The notes: generated by a model not told the origin, from the letters alone. A stretch of 64,000 nucleotides of DNA from Candidatus Omnitrophota bacterium (GCA_021735655.1 JAIPGM010000003.1:64001-128000); one strand, 5' to 3'; positions 36,651 to 45,514 are shown, counted from the first letter of the stretch. Numbers and translations: made by a program.

Positions 36651-37493
36651 ATGAGGCAGAGAGAATTAATCGGTATTCAGGGTAATGGTCAGAAAATTAA
36701 GGGGGTGTTTACAGTGAAAAAACTAGCAGTAGTTATCTTGGTTGGGATTTTTTGTTTATCAGCTGTTTCCGGATTTGCTCAAGGCTCTGAGCGAGAATGG
36801 GGCCGGCAGTCTAGGGATCGGGGAGGTTTTGAAGGTAAACATAAGCAGAGGATTGAATCTTTGGTTGTGTTTGCAACTCTTGATCCTGAGGAGCGTGCAG
36901 CGCTTCTTAAGTTACGTCAGGAGGATAAAGAGGAATTTAATAAAGTTATAGGAATAAAAATTAGAGATCGGGCAAGAGAACTTTATGAGATTAAACAAGC
37001 CGATCCTCAAGAGTTTGAGCTCATGAAGCAGGCAGCAGTCGAAGAGGTAAAGGGCTATGCCAAACAAATTAAAGAGGATATTGAGGTGGCAACTCGCTTT
37101 AAGAAAGCTGCTGGCCGAGTGAAAGGTAAGCAGGAATTAGGTAAACATATTGTTCTTGAGACCTTACCTGACAAACAGAAGAAAAAAATAGTAGCCTTGA
37201 GAGAAAAGTATCGTCAAACTTTGGATACAGCTTTGGAAGAAAGAACCCAAGAACTTGAGCTATTGAAAAAGGAAAATCCCGAGGAGTTTAAAAAGATTAT
37301 CAGTCAAGCAATCGAAGGGGCTAAAGAAAGAATGGCTAAGGGTCGGCGCCAGAGGCCTGAGGCTTTTAAGCGTTTTGAGAAGATGAAACCCGAATATTTA
37401 AAGGAAAAATTAGATTGGTTAAAAAGCGAAGATCCGGAACTTTATCAATATTTGATAAAAAGAGGTAGCACTGAGCAGAAAGAACCTAGATAA
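36651..37493 (+). CDS. Secreted charged coiled-coil protein (first gene of the ECF sigma module)
   Basis: The RBS 'ggaggagg' lies 7 nt upstream of the ATG. The signal peptide reads 'KKLAVVILVGIFCLSAVSGFAQG', and the remainder is K/E-rich helical repeats. Confidence 0.45.
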   Translation: MRQRELIGIQGNGQKIKGVFTVKKLAVVILVGIFCLSAVSGFAQGSEREWGRQSRDRGGFEGKHKQRIESLVVFATLDPEERAALLKLRQEDKEEFNKVIGIKIRDRARELYEIKQADPQEFELMKQAAVEEVKGYAKQIKEDIEVATRFKKAAGRVKGKQELGKHIVLETLPDKQKKKIVALREKYRQTLDTALEERTQELELLKKENPEEFKKIISQAIEGAKERMAKGRRQRPEAFKRFEKMKPEYLKEKLDWLKSEDPELYQYLIKRGSTEQKEPR

Positions 37494-37507
37494 CTATAAA
37501 CTAATAG

Positions 37508-37545
37508 TCTGCAGCGTGAATCTAAGCTTAGGTTTGCGTTGCAGA
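37508..37545 (+). terminator. Palindromic hairpin between the periplasmic protein and ECF sigma genes (possible terminator/attenuator)
   Basis: 'tctgcagcg-tg-aatctaagcttaggttt-gcgttgcaga' contains a perfect 10-bp palindrome 'ctaagcttag' and is followed by 'tttctt'. The U-tract is weak. Confidence 0.3.
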
Positions 37546-37573
37546 TTTCTTGGCGATAATGTAAAATAAACCG

Positions 37574-38125
37574 ATGCTTAGAGCTAAAGAAGAAGAGTTA
37601 AAGATTTTAGTCGAGGCTTTTTTAAAAGGCGAGATGAGAGCTTTCGAGGAAATGGTACCGCTTATTTATCAGGATATTTTAAATATTGCTTATCGTTATC
37701 TTAGTAATCTTGAGGACGCTAAAGATGTTTTACAGGAAGTGCTTATGAAGATTTATCATAAAGTTAAATTCTTTAAAAGAGATTCAAAACTGTCTACCTG
37801 GATTTACCGGATAGTGGTTAATACGGCTATTGACGCTATTCGTAGAAGAAAGAGGGGCTTTAACCTTGGCAATCGCTATAAAGAGAATAAAAATCAGGTC
37901 AGATCCTTAAGGGACGATATAGATTTACGTGATAAAGAGCGGAAGGTAAAGTTAGCTTTAGCCGCCTTACCCTTGCGTCAAAAGAATGTTTTTATTTTGA
38001 AACACTATGAAACTTTAACTATTGCTGAAATTAGTGAAGTTTTAAGCTGTTCAGAAAGCGCAGTAAAAACGCATTTAACCAGAGCGATCAATAATTTAAA
38101 GAATAATCTAGGAGGCTTATCATGA
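37574..38125 (+). CDS. ECF-type RNA polymerase sigma-70 factor
   Basis: Region 2 reads 'VLMKIYHKVKFFKRDSKLSTWIYRIVVNTAIDAIRRRK'. Region 4 reads 'LPLRQKNVFILKHYETLTIAEISEVLSCSESAVKTHLTRA'. Confidence 0.8.
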   Translation: MLRAKEEELKILVEAFLKGEMRAFEEMVPLIYQDILNIAYRYLSNLEDAKDVLQEVLMKIYHKVKFFKRDSKLSTWIYRIVVNTAIDAIRRRKRGFNLGNRYKENKNQVRSLRDDIDLRDKERKVKLALAALPLRQKNVFILKHYETLTIAEISEVLSCSESAVKTHLTRAINNLKNNLGGLS

Positions 38126-38625
38126 AATGTCCGTTAAATAAAATCTGGCCTTTGTTTTACTATAAAGATTTAAAATCAGAAAATTTAATAAATTTAAGCC
38201 AGCATCTTAAAGTTTGCCCTAAGTGTCGGACTCACTATGAAGCTTTAAGTGATACCCTTTCAGGTATCTCTAAAACTCAGGTTGATTTATCAGAGCCAGA
38301 GCTTTCAAAAATGATTCAGTCGATAAGCGGTGAGCCGAACAGTTCTTTTGGTATTTTTGAACAGCTTAAGGTTAAAAGCAGTGAATTTGTTGAAAAACTA
38401 CACTGGGGGATATTTTATCAGCCGCAGTTTGCCTGGGTGATGGTTGCGGTTTTGTTGATAACTTTGTTTGTGCCGCTACAGAGGAAACAGGCTATTTTCC
38501 AAGAACAGCTATTTGATCTGCAGATGGATTTAGTTTCCGGCGAAGATGATTTCGAAACTTTTCTCGACCTCTATAGCCTAGAGGAGCAATCTCAAAATCC
38601 TTCTTCGACTATAATTGTTTCATAA
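38122..38625 (+). CDS. Putative anti-sigma factor (zinc-finger + single TM)
   Basis: It is translationally coupled to the sigma gene. It carries 'HLKVCPKCRTHYE' (Cys/His cluster) and the TM helix 'WVMVAVLLITLFV'. Confidence 0.45.
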   Translation: MKCPLNKIWPLFYYKDLKSENLINLSQHLKVCPKCRTHYEALSDTLSGISKTQVDLSEPELSKMIQSISGEPNSSFGIFEQLKVKSSEFVEKLHWGIFYQPQFAWVMVAVLLITLFVPLQRKQAIFQEQLFDLQMDLVSGEDDFETFLDLYSLEEQSQNPSSTIIVS

Positions 38626-40544
38626 GTGTTTTTAGGTAGTTCCTCTAGAAACATTGAAGGCTGAGTGATAATCGCTCCATTTTTGAAGGTATATTTTATT
38701 TGAGGGTAGGTTATGTGAAGCAGTGATTTTGTTCGGGTTGTGGCTACATAAAATAGTCTTCTTTCTTCCTCGAGAGATTTATTGCTTTCAATAGCTTTAG
38801 GGTGAGGAAACTCATATTCGCAGAAACCAATAATAAATACCGCTTCCCATTCAAGGCCTTTGGCTTGATGGATTGTTGAGAGAACCAGAGTTTCCTGTTT
38901 TTCGTAGTTATTGGTACGGGTTTCACCTTTAAAATTATCGAATGAGCTTAGATCAAGAAGGAAGCTTTTGATTGATTGATATTGTTGGGACATTTTGGTT
39001 AACTCTTCTAAGTCCATTATCCGTTCATCAGGATTGTCAAAGGAAAGATAGCAGTAGTCCTTATAGTATTTAAGAATTTCTTCTAAGGCTTCATTAGGCT
39101 TTTTTATTTTTTTCAGAGCCTCAAAGACCAGGGCGAAATTGTTAAAACCTTCGGCTTGGCGTTTAGGAAGGCTTTTTTTTATTTCTGAAAGGCTGGTTTT
39201 TCTATCGGTAAACTTATCCCATATTTTATAGGCGTAGCTTCGACCAATTCCTTTATGGAGACAGACAGCACGTTTAAAAGATAGTTCGTCCTGAGGGTTG
39301 AGAATTATTTTAAGATAAGAGAGGGTATCTTTTATGTGAGCTTGCTCAAAAAAACGCATCCCGCCTCGGATAAGGTAAGGGATGTTTCTTTTAATCAGTT
39401 CCATTTCAAGTTCTAGGGCTTGAAAGCGAGACCGAAACAGCACGGCTATCTCACCTAGCTGAATACCTTCGCGGTTTAGTTCAAGTATCCTTTGGCCGAT
39501 GAATTTAGCTTGCTGGTAAACATCTTTTGTTTCAACTACACAGGGCAGATCACCACCGGTTTTTATTGCTTCTAAATCTTTTGGAAATTGATCGATATTG
39601 TGTTTTATGATTTCGTTAGCTAAGTTTAATATCGGTGGTTGCGAGCGGTAGTTTATCTGAAGCTTGAAAATTTTTGTTTCTTTAAAGGTGTTTGGAAATT
39701 CAAGAATATTATTTATATCGGCGGCGCGAAATGAGTATATTGATTGAGCATCATCTCCGACCGCTAAGATATTATTATGATGGGAGCTTAGTTTTTTGAG
39801 TATCTCAAACTGTAATTTATTAGTATCTTGGTATTCGTCAACCAGGATATAGCGAAAGATTCTAGAATACTTTTCACAGATGTTAGGGTTAGTTAAAACT
39901 TCCAACCATCTGGTTAAAAGATCGCTGAAGTCCATAGCATTAGCGTTTTTCTTTTTCTTTCTGTAACTGGCAACTATTTTTTTTACGATTGGAATGTATT
40001 CTTCTAGGTGCGGATGAAATTCTTCGATAATTTCATCAACTCCTTTAAGTGAACTGGAAGCGAGACTGTAGATATTATAGATGACTCTTTTTTTGGGAAA
40101 CATTTTTTCTTTCTTGTAGAGACCTAAATCTTCAACGCAATCATCAATTAAATCTTGGGCATCTTCTCGGTCAACAATAGTAAAATTGGGCGAGTAACCT
40201 AGTGATTCGGCTTCTTTTCTTAAAGTTATATTACCGATATGGTGGAAGGTTCCGGCCCAAAGATCAGACAGGCTTGATTTGAGCAGAACTTCGGCTCGGT
40301 TAATCATTTCATTAGCTGCCCGGTTAGTAAAGGTAGCTAGGAGAATATTCCGGGTCGGGATTCCTTTTTCTAACAGATAGGCTAAACGATAAATCAGAAC
40401 TCTGGTTTTGCCGCTGCCGGCGCCGGCTAAAACTAAGGATGGCCCCTCAGCTTCAGAAACTACTTTTAATTGTTGGGGATTGAGGTTATCGGGATAGTCA
40501 ATTTGAGTTTGTGAGGAAAAAGGCTCTAACTTATACTTTTTCAT
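38592..40544 (-). CDS. uvrD: UvrD/PcrA/Rep family ATP-dependent DNA helicase
   Basis: 'LNPQQLKVVSEAEGPSLVLAGAGSGKTRVLIYRLAYLL' is helicase motif I. Motifs 'VDEYQDTN' and 'TIHQAKGLEW' follow. Confidence 0.85.
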   Translation of the reverse strand: MKKYKLEPFSSQTQIDYPDNLNPQQLKVVSEAEGPSLVLAGAGSGKTRVLIYRLAYLLEKGIPTRNILLATFTNRAANEMINRAEVLLKSSLSDLWAGTFHHIGNITLRKEAESLGYSPNFTIVDREDAQDLIDDCVEDLGLYKKEKMFPKKRVIYNIYSLASSSLKGVDEIIEEFHPHLEEYIPIVKKIVASYRKKKKNANAMDFSDLLTRWLEVLTNPNICEKYSRIFRYILVDEYQDTNKLQFEILKKLSSHHNNILAVGDDAQSIYSFRAADINNILEFPNTFKETKIFKLQINYRSQPPILNLANEIIKHNIDQFPKDLEAIKTGGDLPCVVETKDVYQQAKFIGQRILELNREGIQLGEIAVLFRSRFQALELEMELIKRNIPYLIRGGMRFFEQAHIKDTLSYLKIILNPQDELSFKRAVCLHKGIGRSYAYKIWDKFTDRKTSLSEIKKSLPKRQAEGFNNFALVFEALKKIKKPNEALEEILKYYKDYCYLSFDNPDERIMDLEELTKMSQQYQSIKSFLLDLSSFDNFKGETRTNNYEKQETLVLSTIHQAKGLEWEAVFIIGFCEYEFPHPKAIESNKSLEEERRLFYVATTRTKSLLHITYPQIKYTFKNGAIITQPSMFLEELPKNTYETIIVEEGF

Positions 40545-40626
40545 AGTTTTTTATCTTATCATAAAGTTTGGGTTTGTATATATTTTGTTGAGTAAGGATA
40601 GTGGCTGTGTTATAATGATATTTATT

Positions 40627-40733
40627 ATCCCGCCTCACTATATAGCAGGTAAATTCTCGGGGAGAATTTACCTGCACTCGGCGGGATTTAATTCGACTAG
40701 GCATTTTTGCACGCCTTATCTAGGCAAAAATGC
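40627..40733 (+). promoter_or_regulatory. Structured 5' leader: 61-nt nested perfect hairpin plus a second 10-bp-stem hairpin upstream of the ACT-domain gene
   Basis: Hairpin 1 is 'atcccgcc..gcaggtaaattctc-ggg-gagaatttacctgc..ggcgggat' at 40627-40687. Hairpin 2 is 'gcatttttgc-(13 nt)-gcaaaaatgc' at 40701-40733. A promoter-like TTGAGT-17-TATAAT at 40588-40616 would start transcription just 5' of hairpin 1. Confidence 0.4.
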
Positions 40734-40755
40734 AAGTCTCATTAAGGAGGTTATT

Positions 40756-41151
40756 ATGAAAGCTAAAAAAGCTACCGAATTACTGCTTATCGCCGACAAT
40801 AAGGTTGGAAAACTTGCTGAGATTTCTCAACAAGTAAAAGAGAACGGATTGAATATTCAGGCAATATCAGCCTGGGCTTTTGATGATAAGGCTTATTTTA
40901 GATTAGTTGCTTCTGATAGCTCCAAGGCCAGAGAAACTTTACAAGGTTTGGGTAAACTGGAGGAGAGGGAAGTTTTAATCGTTGATATGCCTGATGAAGT
41001 TGGTCAACTATTTCTACTTACTTCTAAGTTGAAAGATAGCAATATTGATATTCGTTACATTTACGGAACTGCTTCTCAGCCAGGAAGCTCAGCAATTGTT
41101 GTTCTTTCTTCAGACTCTAACGAAAAGGCTTTAGAAATTATTTCTGCCTAG
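40756..41151 (+). CDS. ACT-domain protein (small ligand-binding regulatory domain)
   Basis: The RBS 'aaggagg' lies 5 nt upstream of the ATG. The 131-aa protein reads 'LLIADNKVGKLAEISQQVKENGLNIQAISA'. The upstream in-frame extension in the ORF track lacks an RBS and overlaps the hairpins. Confidence 0.55.
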   Translation: MKAKKATELLLIADNKVGKLAEISQQVKENGLNIQAISAWAFDDKAYFRLVASDSSKARETLQGLGKLEEREVLIVDMPDEVGQLFLLTSKLKDSNIDIRYIYGTASQPGSSAIVVLSSDSNEKALEIISA

Positions 41152-42357
41152 ATGCAGGTTAAATTTCCTTCTAACTTTTTGTGGGGGGCTTCGCTCTCCA
41201 GCTATCAATCTGAAGGTGGAAACCTTAACACCGATTGGTATCTTTGGGAAAAAGAGCGAGGCCTTGAGGGTTGTCAGCTTACTTGTGACCACTATCATCT
41301 TTTCGATAAAGATTTTCAATTAGCCAGCCAGCTAAACCTTAACTCTTTAAGATTTTCAATAGAGTGGGCTAGAGTATGTCCCTATGAAGAGGTGTTTTCT
41401 CAAAAAGAAATCGAACATTATTCTAGCGTGTTCGATTCACTTCTTAAATATCAATTAAAACCAGTAGTGACTTTGCATCATTTTACTAATCCGGCTTGGT
41501 TTGCTGATCGCGGCGGGTGGTTAAAAAGTTCCAATATCGATTACTTTCTTAAGTTTTTGAGAAAAATAGTAGAGGTCAATAAGGATAAGGTAGATACTTG
41601 GCTTATTTTTAATGAACCTCTAGTCTATATCTATCAAGGATTTATAACTGGCTGTTGGCCTCCGGGGAGGCGTTCCTATAAAGATGCAAAAAAAGTTTTA
41701 GCCAATATTTTAGAGGCTTATTGTACTGGTTACGAAGAGATAAAACGAATATACGATAAAGATCCGGTTTCAGTATCTTTAGCCAAAAGTATGCGGGCTT
41801 TTTCTAGTTGCCCTGATAGCTTGCCATTGTTAAGTAAGTTCACAGTTTTTTTAAGAGACAGGCATTTTAATTGGCAAGTTCTTAATTATTTAGCTAAGCG
41901 GAAAAAATTAGACTTTATTGGTCTTAATTACTATTGTAAGGATTATGCTAAGGTTAAAGGAGTTTTTGGTGATGAGTGCAAGCACACTCATCATTCGGAA
42001 AGAAGAAACTATCTTGGTTGGTATATTTGGCCAGAAGGTTTATATAAAATTTTGCTTAGCCTTAAGAAGCTAGATTTGCCAATAGTTATTACTGAAAACG
42101 GGACTGCTGAAAGCCGGGATGAATTTTATCAATTGTATTTAGTCCAACACCTTGAGATGGTAGCGAAAGCTATAACTAAGGGAGTTAAGATAGAGGGTTA
42201 CTTTTGGTGGTCACTGTTAGATAATTTTGAGTGGGATAAAGGTTTTGGCCCGCGCTTTGGTTTATTTGAAGTTGACTACAAGAGTCTAGAGCGAATTCCT
42301 CGAGATGTTTCCAGTGTTTATGCTAAAATAGTTTCTGAGAATAAGATAGAAATTTAA
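41152..42357 (+). CDS. Glycoside hydrolase family 1 (beta-glucosidase/6-phospho-beta-glucosidase family)
   Basis: It has 'FLWGASLSSYQSEGG' and 'TLHHFTNPAWF'. 'IFNEP' is the acid/base site and 'ITENG' the nucleophile. Its ATG directly abuts the stop of the ACT gene. Confidence 0.85.
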   Translation: MQVKFPSNFLWGASLSSYQSEGGNLNTDWYLWEKERGLEGCQLTCDHYHLFDKDFQLASQLNLNSLRFSIEWARVCPYEEVFSQKEIEHYSSVFDSLLKYQLKPVVTLHHFTNPAWFADRGGWLKSSNIDYFLKFLRKIVEVNKDKVDTWLIFNEPLVYIYQGFITGCWPPGRRSYKDAKKVLANILEAYCTGYEEIKRIYDKDPVSVSLAKSMRAFSSCPDSLPLLSKFTVFLRDRHFNWQVLNYLAKRKKLDFIGLNYYCKDYAKVKGVFGDECKHTHHSERRNYLGWYIWPEGLYKILLSLKKLDLPIVITENGTAESRDEFYQLYLVQHLEMVAKAITKGVKIEGYFWWSLLDNFEWDKGFGPRFGLFEVDYKSLERIPRDVSSVYAKIVSENKIEI

Positions 42358-42360
42358 CTT

Positions 42361-44208
42361 ATGCAAAAAGAAGAAACAAAACTTATCATCAGTAATAACC
42401 CGCCGTTTAACAAGCTGGCTGAAGACGAGATCAATAAGCTTGTTGAGATATCTGAAATTAAAGAGTATAAAAATGGAGAAATAATATACAATCAGGGCGA
42501 TCAGCCGGATTTTTTATATTTGCTGCTTAAAGGCCGGGTTATGGTTTCGGTTCTAGCTGAAAACAAGGACTCAGAGATTGAGATTATTAAACGCGGTACC
42601 TGTTTTGGAATAATTTCTTTACTTACCGATGAGCCTCATTCGGTAACCACCAAATCAATCGAAACTTCATTTATTATCCAGATAACAAATGAAGATTTCA
42701 AAAAATTCCTAGATAATAATCCTTACTTAGCTTTAGATTTTTCACGGACACTTTCTCAGCGGGTGAAGGGCCGTTTTAAGCCAAAGAGAATATTTCAGTC
42801 AAAGAAGATAGGAATAATCGGTGTTTCGGCATCCGGCAAGACGACCTTTATGTTTAATCTCGCAAAAGAGATAAAAAACCAAACCAAAAAAGAGATTGTT
42901 TGCATTCAAATTATCCCTAGTGCTCAGGCCAGCTTCAGTGATAAAAAGAGAGGATTATTACTAAATAATTTTTCAGAAACTACTCTTTATGATTATATTA
43001 AGAAAGGCTCGATTGACAGCCTTTGTGTAATTGCCGATAGCAGTAGAGATTTTGCTTCGATTATAAATTTCCTTTCTGAGAGCTATCATTTTATTTTGTA
43101 TGAAATTCCTTATAGTTTTTCAGAACTAGACAGAGAGAGCCTTATTGAGCCGGCTCAAAATTTACATTATCTAATTTTTCCCAAAAAAGGTGCTTTGAAG
43201 GAAAGTTCCAATGCCATCAAAAATTTAATTAAACAAAATCCAGTCAACCGAGAGAAAATCAAAGTAATTTTAGCCGAATTTCCGGTAGACGATCAACTAT
43301 CTTTTGTTCAAAAAAATAGTTTATTAGAGCATCCGATTGAAGCAGTTCTTTCTAGTCAGGATTCTTTAAGTTATCAGGCAACCTTGCGTAGGTTAGCTCG
43401 TCAAATCGGCGAAGTTACAATTGGTGTAGCCTTAGGTAGCGGAGCCGCTTACGGCTATGCACATATCGGAGTTTTAAAGACTTTAGCTGAGGCTAAGATT
43501 CCAATTGATATCATTTGTGGCTCAAGTATGGGGGCGGTAATCGCTGCTCTTTGGGCTACCGGGTTTTCTATTTCTGATATCGAAAATTATTCTACTGAAG
43601 TTGGCAAGGGGATTGGTTCTTTTTCTTTGTTCGGTCTTTCAATTCCCTTCCAAGGGATTATGAAGGCTAAGCGCCTAGAAAGTATCTTTAAGAAGATATT
43701 TGGTAATTTGACATTTTATGATTTAAAGCAAAGCATTAAAGTGGTTACTTTTGACTTTAAAAGACGAGAAACAGTAGTTTTAGAAGAAGGTTTAATTTAT
43801 GAAGCTTTAGCCGCAAGTTGTGCTTTTCCGGGAATATTCGAACCAGTATGTCTCAAAAAAGATATTTTTTTAGACGGAGGTATTTTAAATCCTCTTCCGA
43901 CAAAAATATTACTTCAATACGGTGCTCATAAGATCATTGCTTCCAATATTACTCTTTCTCAGGAACAAGCCCTTTCCGAATATGCCAAGCGAGATAAATT
44001 CCATATTTTTGATTTTATTTTTGGTAGTATTGAAACTATGCAACAACACTTTGTTAGGCAAGCTATAGAGTTAGCTGATGTAACTATCCATAGCAATCTA
44101 GAGGGGTTGGGTTGGACTGAGTTTAACAAAATAGATGAGTTTATCGCCCGGGGGCAGGCAGCAGCTCAAGATAAGTTAACGGAAATTAAAAAATTAACTA
44201 GTTTATGA
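42361..44208 (+). CDS. Three-domain protein: cyclic-nucleotide-binding domain + P-loop (Walker A) middle domain + patatin-like phospholipase
   Basis: A cNMP-binding-like N-terminus carries 'RGTCFGIISLL'. The middle domain has 'IGIIGVSASGKTTFMFNLA' (G-x4-GKT) and 'LCVIADSS'. The patatin domain has 'GVALGSGAAYGYAHIGVL', the GxSxG site 'CGSSMGAVIAA' and 'FLDGGILNPLP' (catalytic D-G-G). Confidence 0.7.
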   Translation: MQKEETKLIISNNPPFNKLAEDEINKLVEISEIKEYKNGEIIYNQGDQPDFLYLLLKGRVMVSVLAENKDSEIEIIKRGTCFGIISLLTDEPHSVTTKSIETSFIIQITNEDFKKFLDNNPYLALDFSRTLSQRVKGRFKPKRIFQSKKIGIIGVSASGKTTFMFNLAKEIKNQTKKEIVCIQIIPSAQASFSDKKRGLLLNNFSETTLYDYIKKGSIDSLCVIADSSRDFASIINFLSESYHFILYEIPYSFSELDRESLIEPAQNLHYLIFPKKGALKESSNAIKNLIKQNPVNREKIKVILAEFPVDDQLSFVQKNSLLEHPIEAVLSSQDSLSYQATLRRLARQIGEVTIGVALGSGAAYGYAHIGVLKTLAEAKIPIDIICGSSMGAVIAALWATGFSISDIENYSTEVGKGIGSFSLFGLSIPFQGIMKAKRLESIFKKIFGNLTFYDLKQSIKVVTFDFKRRETVVLEEGLIYEALAASCAFPGIFEPVCLKKDIFLDGGILNPLPTKILLQYGAHKIIASNITLSQEQALSEYAKRDKFHIFDFIFGSIETMQQHFVRQAIELADVTIHSNLEGLGWTEFNKIDEFIARGQAAAQDKLTEIKKLTSL

Positions 44209-44912
44209 GGAAATTGGTAATATTTTTATTATTAGTGGTGAGTTTTCAGTTTTTAAGCTATGGTCAAAGTATTAAGGAACGCTTTAAGGGGCAGGATAAG
44301 CTAATTTATGAGGTTTACTACAATGGGATGTTTTCCGGTCATATCTATTGGAGCTATAAAGGGACTGAAAAGGTTGAAGGCGGGCTGGCTGATGTGATCC
44401 ACGTAAGTTCTGATACTAAGATTTTAGGCTTACTGGATTTAACCAGCGATGAAGATGTTTTCCTTGATTCGGAAAATCACCTTCCGCTTAAAGTAAAGCG
44501 AAATATAGTTATGTTTGGCAAGAAAGAGCTGATTGATGAGATTTACGATCAGGGAAAAGGTTTTGTGCGGTTAATTATAAGAGGCGATGAAGCCAGAGAG
44601 GAAATTATTTCTCAGGATAAGCCAATTCATAATATTTTGGCCTTGCTTTATTTTTTCCCGCAAAATGTTAAGTTAGAAAAAGATCGATGGATGAACTTCA
44701 ATCTTCCTACCCAAAAGATAAAGATAAAATTTATCAAAGAGCGACCTCTAAAAACAGATACTGGAGAAGTTGATACTTATTTTTTAATTGGTAGGGGGGC
44801 CAAGCGCTTTAGTCTCTGGATGGATAAAGTTACCCGCATGCCTCTGCGTCTTGAGTTTGTTTCTCTTCTAGGAAAGGTTAGCATTGTGAGAGCCGAAGAA
44901 AACCAGCCTTAA
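44205..44912 (+). CDS. Secreted hypothetical protein (DUF3108-like), translationally coupled to the patatin gene
   Basis: It has a 4-nt ATGA overlap with the upstream stop. The signal peptide reads 'MRKLVIFLLLVVSFQFLSYGQ', followed by a beta-rich remainder. Confidence 0.4.
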   Translation: MRKLVIFLLLVVSFQFLSYGQSIKERFKGQDKLIYEVYYNGMFSGHIYWSYKGTEKVEGGLADVIHVSSDTKILGLLDLTSDEDVFLDSENHLPLKVKRNIVMFGKKELIDEIYDQGKGFVRLIIRGDEAREEIISQDKPIHNILALLYFFPQNVKLEKDRWMNFNLPTQKIKIKFIKERPLKTDTGEVDTYFLIGRGAKRFSLWMDKVTRMPLRLEFVSLLGKVSIVRAEENQP

Positions 44913-45514
44913 TTAAGAGTCATCGTTGTTACAATGTCGTCACAGCTGTATTCGTGTCCATCTGGGCCAAATGAAAGTAAAACCGGAGGAGCAATGGGTG
45001 TAGCTGTGCTGCCGCCGTTAGCCACACAAACTTCTCTGGCTGAGGAATTATCGCAGGCTGAATCGCTGTAAACATTTTCACATGGGCTAACTCCACCGCA
45101 GCCCGGTGGAGCACAAAAAGCGTAATCAGGGTCATATAAATAGGCATTTTTCCAGAAGTCAAGGCCATTACTTTCAATATATGGGCCATCCCAGGCATTA
45201 ACTGCACCTTGGGTCCATTGGCAGCCGCCAACAGGAGCTGCCTCGAAGTCTGGTTTTGTAATAAGACCGGCATTTGAGGCATTGATATAAGTTTCAGGAT
45301 CTGTTTGAGTAAAAGCTAAACAGCCTCTAATAACCTTTCCAGTGTCAGCATAAAGGGCAGTAGTTCCAGTTTTTATTGATTTTAAATCAGCAGTTGTCTT
45401 AGCTGCCCGGGCTTTCTCAATTGCTTTAAAAGCATTGGGTGCGATTATTGCAGCTAGAATGGCAATGATCGCGATAACTACGATTAGTTCAATAAGCGTA
45501 AATGACTTTTTCAT
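44909..45514 (-). CDS. Type IV pilin-like / T2SS pseudopilin (prepilin-type N-terminal cleavage/methylation domain)
   Basis: 'MKKSFTLIELIVVIAIIAILAAIIAPNAFKAIEKA' is a class III signal peptide with the G/F-T-L-I-E motif and a hydrophobic helix. The ATG is at 45514; the ORF-track start at 45517 is a TTG extension. Confidence 0.8.
   Translation of the reverse strand: MKKSFTLIELIVVIAIIAILAAIIAPNAFKAIEKARAAKTTADLKSIKTGTTALYADTGKVIRGCLAFTQTDPETYINASNAGLITKPDFEAAPVGGCQWTQGAVNAWDGPYIESNGLDFWKNAYLYDPDYAFCAPPGCGGVSPCENVYSDSACDNSSAREVCVANGGSTATPIAPPVLLSFGPDGHEYSCDDIVTTMTLN

Noticed and set aside
40585-40755. N-terminal extension of the ACT-domain ORF (MLSKDSGCV...)
   Set aside because: The extension has no RBS, crosses the promoter and both hairpins, and has Cys/Phe-rich junk composition. 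A strong 'aaggagg' RBS precedes the internal ATG at 40756.
42361-44208. Hypothesis that the cNMP/patatin protein is a CBASS (CD-NTase + CapV-like) effector
   Set aside because: No cyclic-oligonucleotide synthase, E1/E2/JAB or HORMA/TRIP13 genes flank it; the neighbours are a GH1 glucosidase and a DUF3108-like gene. CapV-type effectors lack a Crp-like cNMP domain. It is kept as a novel-architecture finding rather than called CBASS.
44929-45282. 117-aa alternative-frame ORF within the pilin gene on the same strand
   Set aside because: It overlaps the well-supported pilin CDS in another frame. Its Gln/Leu/Ala-rich translation has no start context.
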